DNA of 64,000 nt, taken from Calditrichaceae bacterium. Its GTDB lineage: Bacteria > Calditrichota > Calditrichia > Calditrichales > Calditrichaceae. Position 1 is the first letter of the stretch. Each line of letters opens with the position of its first letter. Below are positions 36,672 to 46,896 of the stretch, piece after piece. The notes beneath the pieces are model-generated. The model was not told the origin of the DNA. It searched no databases and saw only the letters and a program-made list of their open reading frames with translations. The stretch covers positions 211-64,210 of the forward strand of contig JANTHG010000001.1 in the NCBI GenBank assembly GCA_024762535.1, read 5' to 3'. The position numbers and the translations under genes were made by a program.

Positions 36672-37634
36672 ATGAAAGTTCCAAAAGTTGTTATCACAGC
36701 AGCTATACCTGAGGCAGGAATTTCACTTTTACGGGCCAATCACATTGATGTAGATTTACATGATAGCCCACAGTCTCTTCAACCGGATGAGTTGATACCG
36801 AAGTTGCATAATGCCGATGCTTTAATTTCTCTGCTATCCGATTCCATAACAGAACATATTTTGTCCCAGGCCCCTGAACTTAAAATTATCGCTAATTATG
36901 CAGTTGGTTTTAATAATATAGATCTAAATGCAGCCCAAAACAGGGGGATTATAGTCACTAATACGCCGGATGTTCTTACCGCAGCCACAGCCGACTTAAC
37001 CTGGGCCTTAATTATGTCTGTATCTAAGCGTATTGTAGAAGCAGATCGTTTTGTGCGGGACGGGAAATTTACGGGTTGGCAGCCTCAACTCTTTTTAGGC
37101 GGTGATGTCAGTGGTAAAACCTTGGGGATTATAGGTGCCGGTCGTATTGGCCGGGCCGTAGCTCAAAGAGCTGCAGGGTTCGATATGAAGGTGCTCTATT
37201 TTTCTCCGAACCGCAAACCGGACTGGGAGCAGAAAACAGGTGTTGTTTTTGGCTCGGTGGATGATGTGTTAAAGCAATCCGATTATATTAGTCTGCATTG
37301 TCCGATCACAGAATCTACTTTCCATTTGCTGGATGCCAAACGAATAGCTCTCATTAAACCGGGTGCATATTTGATTAATACGGCCCGGGGCGCCGTTGTG
37401 GATGAGCAGGCTATGATAAAAGCGTTGCAAAGCGGACAATTGGCAGGGGCCGGTTTGGATGTGTATGAATTTGAGCCTAAAATCCCTGATATTTTAAAAG
37501 AAATGACGAATGTGGTACTTCTACCACATATTGGTAGTGCTACAACCGAAACACGGGATGAGATGGCGCGGATTTGCGCTAAAAACGTGATTGCCGTTCT
37601 TAATGGCAATCCACCGATTACACCTGTATTTTAA
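36672..37634 (+). CDS. D-isomer-specific 2-hydroxyacid dehydrogenase (glyoxylate/hydroxypyruvate reductase-like)
   Basis: GIIGAGRIGRAVA is the NAD-binding motif. The NTARG...D...LPHIGSAT catalytic R/E/H pattern is present. I prefer the ATG at 36672 (MKVPKVVIT). Confidence 0.88.
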   Translation: MKVPKVVITAAIPEAGISLLRANHIDVDLHDSPQSLQPDELIPKLHNADALISLLSDSITEHILSQAPELKIIANYAVGFNNIDLNAAQNRGIIVTNTPDVLTAATADLTWALIMSVSKRIVEADRFVRDGKFTGWQPQLFLGGDVSGKTLGIIGAGRIGRAVAQRAAGFDMKVLYFSPNRKPDWEQKTGVVFGSVDDVLKQSDYISLHCPITESTFHLLDAKRIALIKPGAYLINTARGAVVDEQAMIKALQSGQLAGAGLDVYEFEPKIPDILKEMTNVVLLPHIGSATTETRDEMARICAKNVIAVLNGNPPITPVF

Positions 37635-37651
37635 TCAGTTAGGAGGGGGAA

Positions 37652-38293
37652 ATGCGGATTGTACAGCTTCCGGTAGGCCCGTTTGAAATGAATGCCTACA
37701 TCGTTTCTGCAGAAAACGATCGATCATGTGTGCTAATAGATCCTGGAGATGAACCGGATCGTCTTATAGAACAAGTACAGAAAGTCGGGCTGAAACCAAA
37801 GGCCGTTTTTTTAACACATGGCCATTTAGATCATGCCTGGAAATCGGCTGCAATAAAAAAATATTTTAAAATTCCTTTGTATTTGGGTGAAGCGGATTTG
37901 CCATTGCTGGAGTCTTTAAATGACCAGGCAGCTTTGTTTAATTTCGGACGGACGGAGATACCTCAGGTGGATGAATTCTATTCGGAAGAGGAAACAGTAG
38001 AAGTTGGTTCGCTTTCTGTTCATCCCCTGCATACACCCGGGCATAGTCCCGGAAGCTTTTGTTTGTGTATAAATGATGTGGTGTTTGCAGGAGATGTATT
38101 GTTTAAAGAATCTATCGGGCGCACGGATCTGTATGGCGGCAGTTACCCGGATTTAATGCATTCTATCCGCAATAAATTATTTCCTTTACCCGATTCTACG
38201 GTTGTGTATCCGGGACATGGACCATCTACAACGATTGGCTTCGAAAAACAGCATAATCCATTTTTAAATCCAGAACGAATTCCGTTTACTTAG
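37652..38293 (+). CDS. MBL-fold metallo-hydrolase (glyoxalase II-like)
   Basis: THGHLDHA motif, then HTPGHSPGS and PGHG. Confidence 0.85.
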   Translation: MRIVQLPVGPFEMNAYIVSAENDRSCVLIDPGDEPDRLIEQVQKVGLKPKAVFLTHGHLDHAWKSAAIKKYFKIPLYLGEADLPLLESLNDQAALFNFGRTEIPQVDEFYSEEETVEVGSLSVHPLHTPGHSPGSFCLCINDVVFAGDVLFKESIGRTDLYGGSYPDLMHSIRNKLFPLPDSTVVYPGHGPSTTIGFEKQHNPFLNPERIPFT

Positions 38294-38305
38294 GCCGGAG
38301 ACAGA

Positions 38306-39040
38306 ATGCACTTGCAGGGAAAAACAATCATTATTACCGGCGCAGCCGTGCGCCTGGGTCGGGCTATGGCGCTGGAACTGGCAGAAAGCGGTGCGCATTT
38401 GTTTTGCCATTACCATTCCAGCCACAGGCAGGCCCATTCCTTAGAACAGGAACTGCGGGATAAAGGGTGTGAAACTCATTTTTATCAGGCCGATTTGAGC
38501 GACCGGGCTCAAATTAAAAAGATGGCAGAACAGGCTCATCACAGAATGGGGCAAATAGATGTGCTGATTAACAATGCGGCTGTTTTTTATAAGACGCCTC
38601 TCGGACAGGTGACCGAAGCGGATTGGGATTATTTTATGAATCTGAACCTAAAAGCTCCGTTTTTCCTGGCGCAGGAGGTCAGTCGGTTTATGTTAAAACA
38701 GGGAAGCGGAAAAATAGTCAATATTGCCGATGCCGGTGCGGTGCGCATGTTTCCCGGTTATCTACCGTATTCCATTAGCAAAGCAGGAGTCGTGGCCTTA
38801 ACCACCGGACTGGCCAAAGCGCTGGCTCCCAATATACAGGTGAATTGTGTAAATCCCGGGCCGGTACTTTTACCCGAAGAATTATCCGAAGATGAGCGAA
38901 GTTTTGCTTTGGAACAAACCTTGCTAAATCGTGAAGGTCGTCCGGAGGATATTGCCCGGACCGTCCGTTTTATTTTGGAAGGAACGGATTACATGACCGG
39001 CGCTGTCATTCCGGTAGATGGAGGCCGGCAGATTCGTTAG
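38306..39040 (+). CDS. SDR family oxidoreductase (pteridine-reductase/FolM-like)
   Basis: ITGAAVRLGRA cofactor motif, HYHSS, NNAA and the YSISK catalytic Y-x3-K. Confidence 0.82.
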   Translation: MHLQGKTIIITGAAVRLGRAMALELAESGAHLFCHYHSSHRQAHSLEQELRDKGCETHFYQADLSDRAQIKKMAEQAHHRMGQIDVLINNAAVFYKTPLGQVTEADWDYFMNLNLKAPFFLAQEVSRFMLKQGSGKIVNIADAGAVRMFPGYLPYSISKAGVVALTTGLAKALAPNIQVNCVNPGPVLLPEELSEDERSFALEQTLLNREGRPEDIARTVRFILEGTDYMTGAVIPVDGGRQIR

Positions 39041-39042
39041 AT

Positions 39043-40092
39043 TTATATTTCGATAAAATCCATTTGGTGTTCATGATTAAATTTAACAATCGATTCGGAA
39101 ATATGATGGCTAACATCTTTTTCGATGGACCGGCGGGCTACTTTAATGGCATTGGTAATGGCTTTAGCATTGGAACGACCGTGGGCTTTGATAACCAATT
39201 TTTCAAATCCTAATATGGGAGCGCCGCCATATTCGGAATAATCGGTTTTCTGTTTTAAGCGTTTCACACCGGAGGCCAAAAAGGCCAGCCCTATTTTCCA
39301 GCTTAATTTTTTCTTGAAAGCGTATTTACCGGTTTGCTTCAGCAGGTCGCCCACCCCTTCCATCATCTTTAGGGCCACGTTTCCTACAAAGCCATCAGTC
39401 ACAATAACATCGGCTACGCCGTGCGGAATATCCTTCCCTTCAACATTGCCAATAAAATTAAGCGTTTTGCACTCTTTTAAATAGCGGTGAGTTTTGGAAA
39501 GCACTTCACCACCTTTGGTTTCTTCTTCACCAATGTTGAGTAATCCAATGCGGGGCGATTCGATACCGAGTACATTTTCTACATAGTAATTACCCATAAA
39601 TGCAAAATGCACCAGTTGTTTTGCGGTACAATGTAAAGTGGCGCCCACATCTAAAATGAGGGCAAACCCGGGGCGGCTTCGGTCAAAACGTGCAGTGGGA
39701 TAAATTGCAGCCAAACCGGAACGTTCAATTCCGTCCACCATATCCAAATTTTGAGCAGCTGCCAAAACAGTACCTCCGGTATTTCCGGCGCTTACCAAAG
39801 CATCCGCTTTTCCTTCATGCAAAAGACGACAGGCCACAGCCACACTGGCGTCAGGGTTTTCTTTAAGGGCTTTTTTGGGCGAGGCATCCATAGAAATAGT
39901 CTGATCGGTGTGTACAATTTCGGGTGTGTCCTGGAAATCGGCATTGGTTAATTCTTTGGTGATCGCTGCTTCATCACCAACAAAAACAATTTCCAGCTCC
40001 GGGTCTTCCTGCATGGCCTGAATGGTGCCTTTAATAATTTCATGAGGAGCATTATCCCCACCCATTGCATCTATTGCTACCCGATAGCCCAT
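39043..40092 (-). CDS. plsX: phosphate acyltransferase PlsX
   Basis: IAIDAMGGDNAP, SAGNTGG and TDGFVGNV motifs. Confidence 0.92.
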   Translation of the reverse strand: MGYRVAIDAMGGDNAPHEIIKGTIQAMQEDPELEIVFVGDEAAITKELTNADFQDTPEIVHTDQTISMDASPKKALKENPDASVAVACRLLHEGKADALVSAGNTGGTVLAAAQNLDMVDGIERSGLAAIYPTARFDRSRPGFALILDVGATLHCTAKQLVHFAFMGNYYVENVLGIESPRIGLLNIGEEETKGGEVLSKTHRYLKECKTLNFIGNVEGKDIPHGVADVIVTDGFVGNVALKMMEGVGDLLKQTGKYAFKKKLSWKIGLAFLASGVKRLKQKTDYSEYGGAPILGFEKLVIKAHGRSNAKAITNAIKVARRSIEKDVSHHISESIVKFNHEHQMDFIEI

Positions 40093-40260
40093 TGTACCTC
40101 CATTATTTCGTATAAGTTTATGACTTGTAAAAATATAAGGGAATATCGATAAATGTCAAATGAGATTATTGAGCATATTATAATTTGCTTGCATTTTTTA
40201 GCAAAAGATAGCATTTTAATAAAAGAACATGAAACCGGTACATAGCTTACACAATACCAT

Positions 40261-41076
40261 ATGAAAAAGAATTTTCTTGTATTTACAGATTTAGACGGAA
40301 CTCTGTTAGATGCCCAAACCTACTCTGCGGCACAGGCTTCGGCAGCTTTGGAATTTTTACGGGAAAATACTATTCCGGTTATTCCCTGTACCAGTAAAAC
40401 CGCGGAAGAGGTTAAGGAACTGTGCGACTCTCTAAAATTAAACGGCCCTTTTATTGTTGAAAATGGTTCTGCCATATTCTGGCCCGGGCAATTTCTAAGA
40501 GAAAATAAGTTCACTGAAAATACGAAAGAAGAATGGGATGTAACGGTTCTTGCTAAGCCTTACACTGTCCTGCTTACTTTTTTTGAAGAATTGCGCCGCC
40601 AATCGCCTGTTGGTTTACAGGGTTTTCATGAAGCGGACATACAAACCATTCGGAATTGGACCGGATTGAGCGGGCAGCAAGCAGTTCTTGCCAAGAAACG
40701 CCAGTTTAGCGAACCGTTTGTAGTACAATCCGGTGAACCATTGCCGGAGGGGCTTTTTGTGTATGCAGCCCAAAAGGGCTATCGCATTTTACGGGGAAAT
40801 CGTTTTTATCATTTATTAAGCGACACCGATAAAGGCCGGGCGGTTCGCGCTGTAGTGGAACGCTACTACCAAAATGGAATTTCCTCCGTTCAGACAATGG
40901 GCATAGGGGATAGTCCAAATGATTTCGCCATGTTGCGGGCCGTTGATATTCCGGTTCTTGTAAAAAAAACTAACGGAAGCTATGCTACCGGAGCGGAAAC
41001 CATTCCAAACCTTTGGCGTAGCAAGCTTATTGGCCCCAAAGGCTGGCAGGAAAGTATCTTTCGTTTTATTAAATAA
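40261..41076 (+). CDS. HAD-IIB phosphatase of the mannosyl/glucosyl-3-phosphoglycerate phosphatase (YedP) family
   Basis: LVFTDLDGTLLD, PVIPCTSKT and GIGDSPNDFAML motifs. Confidence 0.78.
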   Translation: MKKNFLVFTDLDGTLLDAQTYSAAQASAALEFLRENTIPVIPCTSKTAEEVKELCDSLKLNGPFIVENGSAIFWPGQFLRENKFTENTKEEWDVTVLAKPYTVLLTFFEELRRQSPVGLQGFHEADIQTIRNWTGLSGQQAVLAKKRQFSEPFVVQSGEPLPEGLFVYAAQKGYRILRGNRFYHLLSDTDKGRAVRAVVERYYQNGISSVQTMGIGDSPNDFAMLRAVDIPVLVKKTNGSYATGAETIPNLWRSKLIGPKGWQESIFRFIK

Positions 41077-41088
41077 AAGAAGGTTGCT

Positions 41089-42297
41089 ATGTCGGATTTT
41101 TTTCAAAATGGCAGTATTACCACGTTGCATAATTTACGTAAATTCCCTTTGGAGGAGCAGGAAAGTACGATTCTGGAACACTCAGGGAAAAATCCGGTTT
41201 CCCTTTTACTGCCCTCGCTCATTTCGGAGCTGGACGGCCCGGCGCTCCCTAAAATCTTGGATGAAGTAGCTAAAGTTCCCTATCTGAGTGAAATCATCAT
41301 TGGTTTGGATGGTGCCGATAAAAAACAATTTGAAAAAGCTAAAAAATATTTTGACCGCCTGCCGCAGCGTCATCGGATTTTATGGCAGCGTTCGCCTAAA
41401 ATTCAGGAACTGTATCAGGAACTGGCAGAAAAAAAATTATTTATTGGCAGCGAGGGGAAGGGCCGCAATGTGTGGATGAGCCTCGGTTATTTGCTGGCCA
41501 GTAATAAAAGCCGGGTTATTGCCATCCATGATTGTGATATTTTAACCTACAACCGGCAGCTTCTGGCGCGCCTCGTATTTCCGCTGACCATGCCTACCTC
41601 CAAATTCCGTTTTTGCAAGGGTTATTACAGCCGTACATCAAACCAATTGAATGGCCGTGTGGCGCGTTTGTTCATTACGCCTCTTATTCGTACACTTAAA
41701 CGTATTTTAGGTCCTGTGGATTATCTTGATTTTATTGATTCCTTCCGCTATCCTCTGGCCGGTGAAATGGCCCTGCTGCGTGGTGTGGCCTATCAATTAC
41801 GTTTGCCAACGGACTGGGGTCTGGAAATCGGCACTTTGAATGAGATCTACCGTAATTACGCTAAAAATCAGATGTGTCAGGTGGATGTGCTGGATAATTA
41901 TGACCATAAACATCAAAAATTGTCTGAAAATAATCCCAATGCCGGATTATCCAAAATGTCTATTGATATTGCCAAATCGTTTTACCGGATGCTGGCCAGT
42001 ATGGGTGTGGTTTTCAGTGACCAGTTCTTCCGTACCATTAAAGCCACTTATCTGCGTACAGCCCTGGATTTTGTAGATAAATATCAGGCAGATGCCAGTA
42101 TTAACGGTCTTGCTTATGACCGTCACAGCGAAGAAAAAGCCATCGAAGTGTTTCTGCGTAGTATCATTATTTCGGGCGACCAGTTTCTTGCAAATCCAAT
42201 GGAATTGCCCATGATTCCCAGTTGGAACCGCATTCAGTCGGCTCTGCCGGATTTCATGGACGGTTTGTACGACATTGTTGAAAATGAAAACAGGTAA
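41089..42297 (+). CDS. glucosyl-3-phosphoglycerate synthase-like glycosyltransferase
   Basis: The N-terminus FFQNGSITTLHNL and the IAIHDCDI (DxD) motif resemble GpgS/MpgS-type enzymes as I recall them. The gene lies 12 nt downstream of the cognate-type phosphatase. Confidence 0.65.
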   Translation: MSDFFQNGSITTLHNLRKFPLEEQESTILEHSGKNPVSLLLPSLISELDGPALPKILDEVAKVPYLSEIIIGLDGADKKQFEKAKKYFDRLPQRHRILWQRSPKIQELYQELAEKKLFIGSEGKGRNVWMSLGYLLASNKSRVIAIHDCDILTYNRQLLARLVFPLTMPTSKFRFCKGYYSRTSNQLNGRVARLFITPLIRTLKRILGPVDYLDFIDSFRYPLAGEMALLRGVAYQLRLPTDWGLEIGTLNEIYRNYAKNQMCQVDVLDNYDHKHQKLSENNPNAGLSKMSIDIAKSFYRMLASMGVVFSDQFFRTIKATYLRTALDFVDKYQADASINGLAYDRHSEEKAIEVFLRSIIISGDQFLANPMELPMIPSWNRIQSALPDFMDGLYDIVENENR

Positions 42298-42309
42298 GGG
42301 CTCACCGAA

Positions 42310-44361
42310 TTGCCGTCCACTCCTTTAGAACTTTTAAGCGCTTATTTTGGCTATACATCCTTCAGGCCCGGTCAGCAGGAAGCCATTGATGCGGTACTGA
42401 ATGCTCAGGATACGGTTGCCATTATGCCCACAGGCAGTGGTAAATCGCTTTGTTATCAAATTCCTTCTATGCTTTTACCCGGGCTTACTCTGGTTATTTC
42501 GCCATTGATTGCCTTAATGAAAGATCAGGTGGACAGCCTGACCCGCCTCGGCATTCCGGCCACGTTTCTGAACAGTACGCTCAGTGCGGCTCAAGCCGAA
42601 GAACGGCTAGCGGAATTACGCAGCGGTGGCTACAAACTGCTGTACGTAGCGCCGGAACGCTTTCGGGTTGCGTCGTTTCACCGCTTAATCAGCCAAATGG
42701 AAATTTCTCTGCTGGCTATTGATGAAGCGCACTGTATTTCCCAGTGGGGGCATGATTTCCGCCCATCCTACTTAAAAATCAAAGAAATTCGTGAACAGGC
42801 GGGTAATCCCACGTTAATCGCTTTAACCGCCACAGCAACACCGCGGGTACGTGAGGATATTATCGAGCAGCTTGGTCTGAAAAATCCCTTGTTGCTGGTA
42901 AAGGGCTTCGATCGGCCTAATCTTAAATTTTTTGCTGTTGAATTCGATAAAGAAAAGCAAAAGAAAAATGAACTGGTACGAATGATTCGGGCGATTAAGG
43001 GCTCGGGTATTGTCTATGTGGCTACTCAAAAAGCGGTGGCCGAAATCCAATCGCTGTTAAAGGAAGAGGGCATTTTCACAGCAGGGTATCACGGCGGAAT
43101 GGATAAGCATCAACGTGAAAGTACGCAGAACCGTTGGTTAAGCGGCCAGGCAGAGGTGATTGTGGCCACTAATGCGTTTGGTATGGGTATTGACAAAGCG
43201 GATGTGCGGTTTGTGATTCATTACAATATCCCGGGGTCTGTGGAAGCCTACTATCAGGAGGCGGGTCGTGCCGGCCGGGATGGAAAAACCGCCTACTGTA
43301 TTTTATTCTTTACCTATCGCGACCACATGATTCAGGAATATCTGATAGAAAATTCCTTTCCGCCAGAATCCGTTTTAAACGATATTTACGTATATCTCTT
43401 TTCCCTGCAAAAAAGACAGATATTGCTGACCTATCGCGAAATTGCCCAGGCTGTGGGTTGTAACGATATGCAGGTGGGTTCTGCCATTAAACTCTTTGAA
43501 CGGTATCATATTCTTAAACGAATGCAAAAAAACGAACTATCTTTTTCGTTCGAACTGCTTAAAGAAATTAAAGAAGGATTAAAAGAAGTACACCGGGCGC
43601 CCATTCAATCTCAGGTTCTTACCTGGATAAGCAAACAAACCACCGGACATCAGACCCTTAAGCGTGCCTTAATGGAATTACAAATAAGTCTGGATCAGTT
43701 TAACCATGCTATGCGTCAATTGGTACGGCGGGGTCTGATACACTATGAGCCACCCTTTCGGGGTCGGGGTGTGGAAGTAACGTCAAAATATGTTCCCTGG
43801 TCTAAAGTTCCTATCGATTTTGAATTATATGAAAAACAAAAACAACAGCAATTCGACCGCCTTGATGAAATAGAAGCCTATGTGGAAAAACGGATTTGCC
43901 GAAGGAAATATTTGCTTAATTATTTTGGCGAACCCTTTAAAAAAGAAAACTGCGGGGCTTGTGATGTCTGCCTAAACTGGAAATCACCGGAACTGGAAAA
44001 GAAATCAAAGACAAAATCATCCAAACGGAAAGAGCCGGCCGGGCGGATGAAGAATTTAATCGATGCACTGGTGGAGTTTGACGGTGTTTTTGGAGTAACC
44101 ACTCTTGCCAAAATTTTAAAAGGAGTGCATGAACCGCGATTTGACAGCTGGGGCATACCGGACAATCCGGTTTTTGGTTCCTTCATGGAAATGAGTGAAA
44201 AAGCGATTATCCGGCTCATTTACGCTGCTGTTAAAGAAGGCTATCTGGAACGAGGGAATGATAAATACCCCAAAATAAGATTGACGGAAAAAGGGCTTAA
44301 ATTTTTTGCCACTGCAACGGAACCTGCGCTTCCAAGAAAAAAGAGGAATAAACGACAGTAA
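42310..44361 (+). CDS. recQ: ATP-dependent DNA helicase RecQ
   Basis: TTG start. Motifs present are FGYTSFRPGQQEAI, MPTGSGKSLCYQ, IDEAHCISQWGHDFRPSY, TATAT and QEAGRAGRDG. The zinc-binding region is CRRKYLLNYFGE...CGACDVC. Confidence 0.92.
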   Translation: MPSTPLELLSAYFGYTSFRPGQQEAIDAVLNAQDTVAIMPTGSGKSLCYQIPSMLLPGLTLVISPLIALMKDQVDSLTRLGIPATFLNSTLSAAQAEERLAELRSGGYKLLYVAPERFRVASFHRLISQMEISLLAIDEAHCISQWGHDFRPSYLKIKEIREQAGNPTLIALTATATPRVREDIIEQLGLKNPLLLVKGFDRPNLKFFAVEFDKEKQKKNELVRMIRAIKGSGIVYVATQKAVAEIQSLLKEEGIFTAGYHGGMDKHQRESTQNRWLSGQAEVIVATNAFGMGIDKADVRFVIHYNIPGSVEAYYQEAGRAGRDGKTAYCILFFTYRDHMIQEYLIENSFPPESVLNDIYVYLFSLQKRQILLTYREIAQAVGCNDMQVGSAIKLFERYHILKRMQKNELSFSFELLKEIKEGLKEVHRAPIQSQVLTWISKQTTGHQTLKRALMELQISLDQFNHAMRQLVRRGLIHYEPPFRGRGVEVTSKYVPWSKVPIDFELYEKQKQQQFDRLDEIEAYVEKRICRRKYLLNYFGEPFKKENCGACDVCLNWKSPELEKKSKTKSSKRKEPAGRMKNLIDALVEFDGVFGVTTLAKILKGVHEPRFDSWGIPDNPVFGSFMEMSEKAIIRLIYAAVKEGYLERGNDKYPKIRLTEKGLKFFATATEPALPRKKRNKRQ

Positions 44362-44549
44362 ATGGTTGTGGCTCTAAATTAAATTTGATTTTTAATAGAA
44401 AAATCTCATATTAATTGTATTCAGGGGCTGTGCCTGTTGCAGGAATATGAGATAAAAGTAATCTCTGTTTTTCAAATAAATAATATATTGGGTCTGCAGG
44501 AATTTTAAAGGGCGCTGTCCGGTTTGTCAGTATAAACTCAGGAGATAAT

Positions 44550-45305
44550 ATGTTCGATTTTAAAGAAAAAAATGTTTTGGTTACAGGAGGAAGCCGTGGA
44601 ATCGGAGCGGCGGCCGTAAAATTATTTGCCCACCTTGGAGCAAATGTCGCCTTTAATTATAATAAAAATTACCGCCTGTCAGAAGAAGTGGTTGCCGCCT
44701 GTGAGGGCTATGAAGGCACAGTGATGTTTGATGAATGCGATGTAAGCGATTATCAGGAAGTACAAGGCTTTGTTAATAAAGTAATCGCTAAATTTGGCCA
44801 AATAGATATTTTGGTAAACAATGCCGGTATCTGGGAATACGATGCGATTGATGAAATGCCGGTGGACCACTGGCGACGCACTATGCAAATCAATTTGGAC
44901 AGTGTGTACTATTTTACCCATTTTGTGGTCAAACACATGAAAGAAAATAACATACAGGGTAATATTGTAAATATTTCTTCTACTGCCGGTCAGCGCGGCG
45001 AGGCTTTTCACTCTCATTATGCGGCCACCAAAGGGGCCATTATCAGTTTTACCAAATCCTTGGCCAGCGAGCTTAGTGATAGCCGCATTCGGGTCAACTC
45101 CGTAGCGCCGGGCTGGGTTAACACAGATATGTCTGCCGAAGCGTTATCTAAGGATAAAGAAAAAATTATTAAAGATATTTCTGTGGGTTTTATTCCGGAA
45201 GCGGAAGATATTGCCTGGCCCATTCTGTTCCTCGCTTCGAATTCGGCCCGGGCGATTAATGGGGAAATACTGAACGTGAACGGTGGAAATGTTTTGTGCG
45301 GTTAA
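44550..45305 (+). CDS. SDR family oxidoreductase (FabG-like 3-oxoacyl reductase)
   Basis: VTGGSRGIG, NNAG, S...YAATK and PGWVNTDM motifs. Confidence 0.85.
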   Translation: MFDFKEKNVLVTGGSRGIGAAAVKLFAHLGANVAFNYNKNYRLSEEVVAACEGYEGTVMFDECDVSDYQEVQGFVNKVIAKFGQIDILVNNAGIWEYDAIDEMPVDHWRRTMQINLDSVYYFTHFVVKHMKENNIQGNIVNISSTAGQRGEAFHSHYAATKGAIISFTKSLASELSDSRIRVNSVAPGWVNTDMSAEALSKDKEKIIKDISVGFIPEAEDIAWPILFLASNSARAINGEILNVNGGNVLCG

Positions 45306-45322
45306 AATGAGGAAAATTAAAA

Positions 45323-45874
45323 ATGAAACGAGCTGAAGCCTTATCCATATTACAAGAATATACAAAATCCGAAAGTCTGCTTAAACACGCTTTTGCCGTA
45401 GAAGCTGCCATGCGCGCTTATGCTCAAAAATTTGGTGAAGACGAAGAATTATGGGGGAGTGTCGGTCTGCTGCATGATTTCGATTACGAACAGTATCCGG
45501 ATGAACATCCCACGAAGGGCCAGGAAATTCTAAAAGAAAAAGGTGTGTCCGAAGAAATTCGCACCGCTATTATGGGGCATGCGGACTACACCGGGGTCCC
45601 GCGGGAAACACTGATGGCCAAAACATTGTATGCAGTAGATGAACTCAGCGGCTTTGTTACAGCGGTAACCCTGGTACGCCCTACCCGCGCCCTTAGTGAA
45701 GTCAAAGTGAAATCCGTAAAAAAGAAGATGAAAGACAAACGCTTTGCTGCCAAAGTTAACCGCGAAGAAATTACCCGCGGCGCAGAAGAGCTGGGTGTGG
45801 ATTTTGCCGAACATGTGGAGTTTGTTGTTAATGCGTTAAAACCGGTGGCAACGGAAATCGGTTTAAACCCATAG
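45323..45874 (+). CDS. HD-domain phosphohydrolase
   Basis: LLKHAFAVEAAMRAYA...GLLHDFDY...GHAD is the H..HD..H metal-binding pattern. Confidence 0.8.
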   Translation: MKRAEALSILQEYTKSESLLKHAFAVEAAMRAYAQKFGEDEELWGSVGLLHDFDYEQYPDEHPTKGQEILKEKGVSEEIRTAIMGHADYTGVPRETLMAKTLYAVDELSGFVTAVTLVRPTRALSEVKVKSVKKKMKDKRFAAKVNREEITRGAEELGVDFAEHVEFVVNALKPVATEIGLNP

Positions 45875-45930
45875 GCGGCAGAATTCATTATTTTTAAAAA
45901 GCGTTAACCGTTTGGTGCCGGGCTTTACAT

Positions 45931-46794
45931 TTACAGTTGTACTACCTTAAAGCCGGCCTTGCGCAGCATGTGAACCAGACCGTCCGTTCCAATCATATGG
46001 CCGACTCCTGCAACAACACAGTAGTTTTCTGTATCTTGTAGAAATGATTTAATCTGTTTGAACCAGCGGATGTTGCGGCCCACGAGTAGCGTCTGTTTTA
46101 ATTTGGGTACATCCTGAAAACTCTTAAATGTCTCTTTTTCCAGTGTGGCAATGTCGCCGGATTTCCAGGCTGAAACCAGGGTATTCATTTCTGTTTGCAT
46201 GGTTTCAAATTCTTGAGACATTTGTAGAATCATTTCCTGTTGCAGCTGTAAGGGCAACCCATCAATAAACCCTATTTGTTCTTTCAGCGTTTCAAAATTC
46301 AGCAAACGTTTCCCGTCTTTTTTCCCCTTGGTAAAGAAATAACGGTCCAAACCGTACTGCTGGTTAAAGCCCAGCTTCTGCAATTTTAGCATCATTAAAG
46401 TAACACTTGCCATCCAGGGTTTGAACATGGAAAGCTTTTGGATGGGCATGCCAAGACTGGTTGCGATACTATCTGTCAGGTGGAAAGTTGTGGGTGTCAG
46501 AACCGATCGCAGAGTCTGCCCGTTTTGAAAAACGGCTTTGGAAAATATAAAGGTTTGTGCCTTTCGGGTGGCTGAGGAATCCAGATTAAGCTCGAATACC
46601 AGATTGGGACTGTTTGTGTAAGCGGCTTCCATTTCTGCCGGCAGGGGGTAAGCGCTTTTATCCAGTAAATGGATGGAACCAATGAGATACACTGTATTGG
46701 TCTTGCCCTCCACCTTCCAGATACACCCTTTACCAACAGCCGAAGCGGATGAAATCAGGCTGATAACAATAAGGATAGTAAAAAAGTATTTCAT
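45931..46794 (-). CDS. TraB/GumN family protein (secreted)
   Basis: Signal peptide, then NTVYLIGSIHLLDKSAYPLP and VVAGVGHMIGTDGL, the hallmarks of the family. Confidence 0.8.
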   Translation of the reverse strand: MKYFFTILIVISLISSASAVGKGCIWKVEGKTNTVYLIGSIHLLDKSAYPLPAEMEAAYTNSPNLVFELNLDSSATRKAQTFIFSKAVFQNGQTLRSVLTPTTFHLTDSIATSLGMPIQKLSMFKPWMASVTLMMLKLQKLGFNQQYGLDRYFFTKGKKDGKRLLNFETLKEQIGFIDGLPLQLQQEMILQMSQEFETMQTEMNTLVSAWKSGDIATLEKETFKSFQDVPKLKQTLLVGRNIRWFKQIKSFLQDTENYCVVAGVGHMIGTDGLVHMLRKAGFKVVQL

Positions 46795-46896
46795 ATGTAG
46801 AGTCCTTAAAATTCTGAGGTTAGTTAAGGCAATTTTATTTGTTCTTTGAATAGTCCCGGGCTTGTGAGCGGGGATGCCCCTTCTTCATCTACGGAA

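Noticed and set aside
39043-40092. plsX without its usual rpmF/fabH neighbours as a sign of rearrangement
   Set aside because: plsX context varies widely outside Proteobacteria and Firmicutes. Nothing in the flanks, such as repeats or a GC shift, supports a recent event.
44403-44453. Perfect 10-bp inverted repeat ATCTCATATT ... AATATGAGAT with a 31-nt spacer, 40 nt after recQ
   Set aside because: It could be a terminator or an operator. It lacks a following T-run and has a large loop, and there is no second copy in the window. I record it but cannot support it as a feature.
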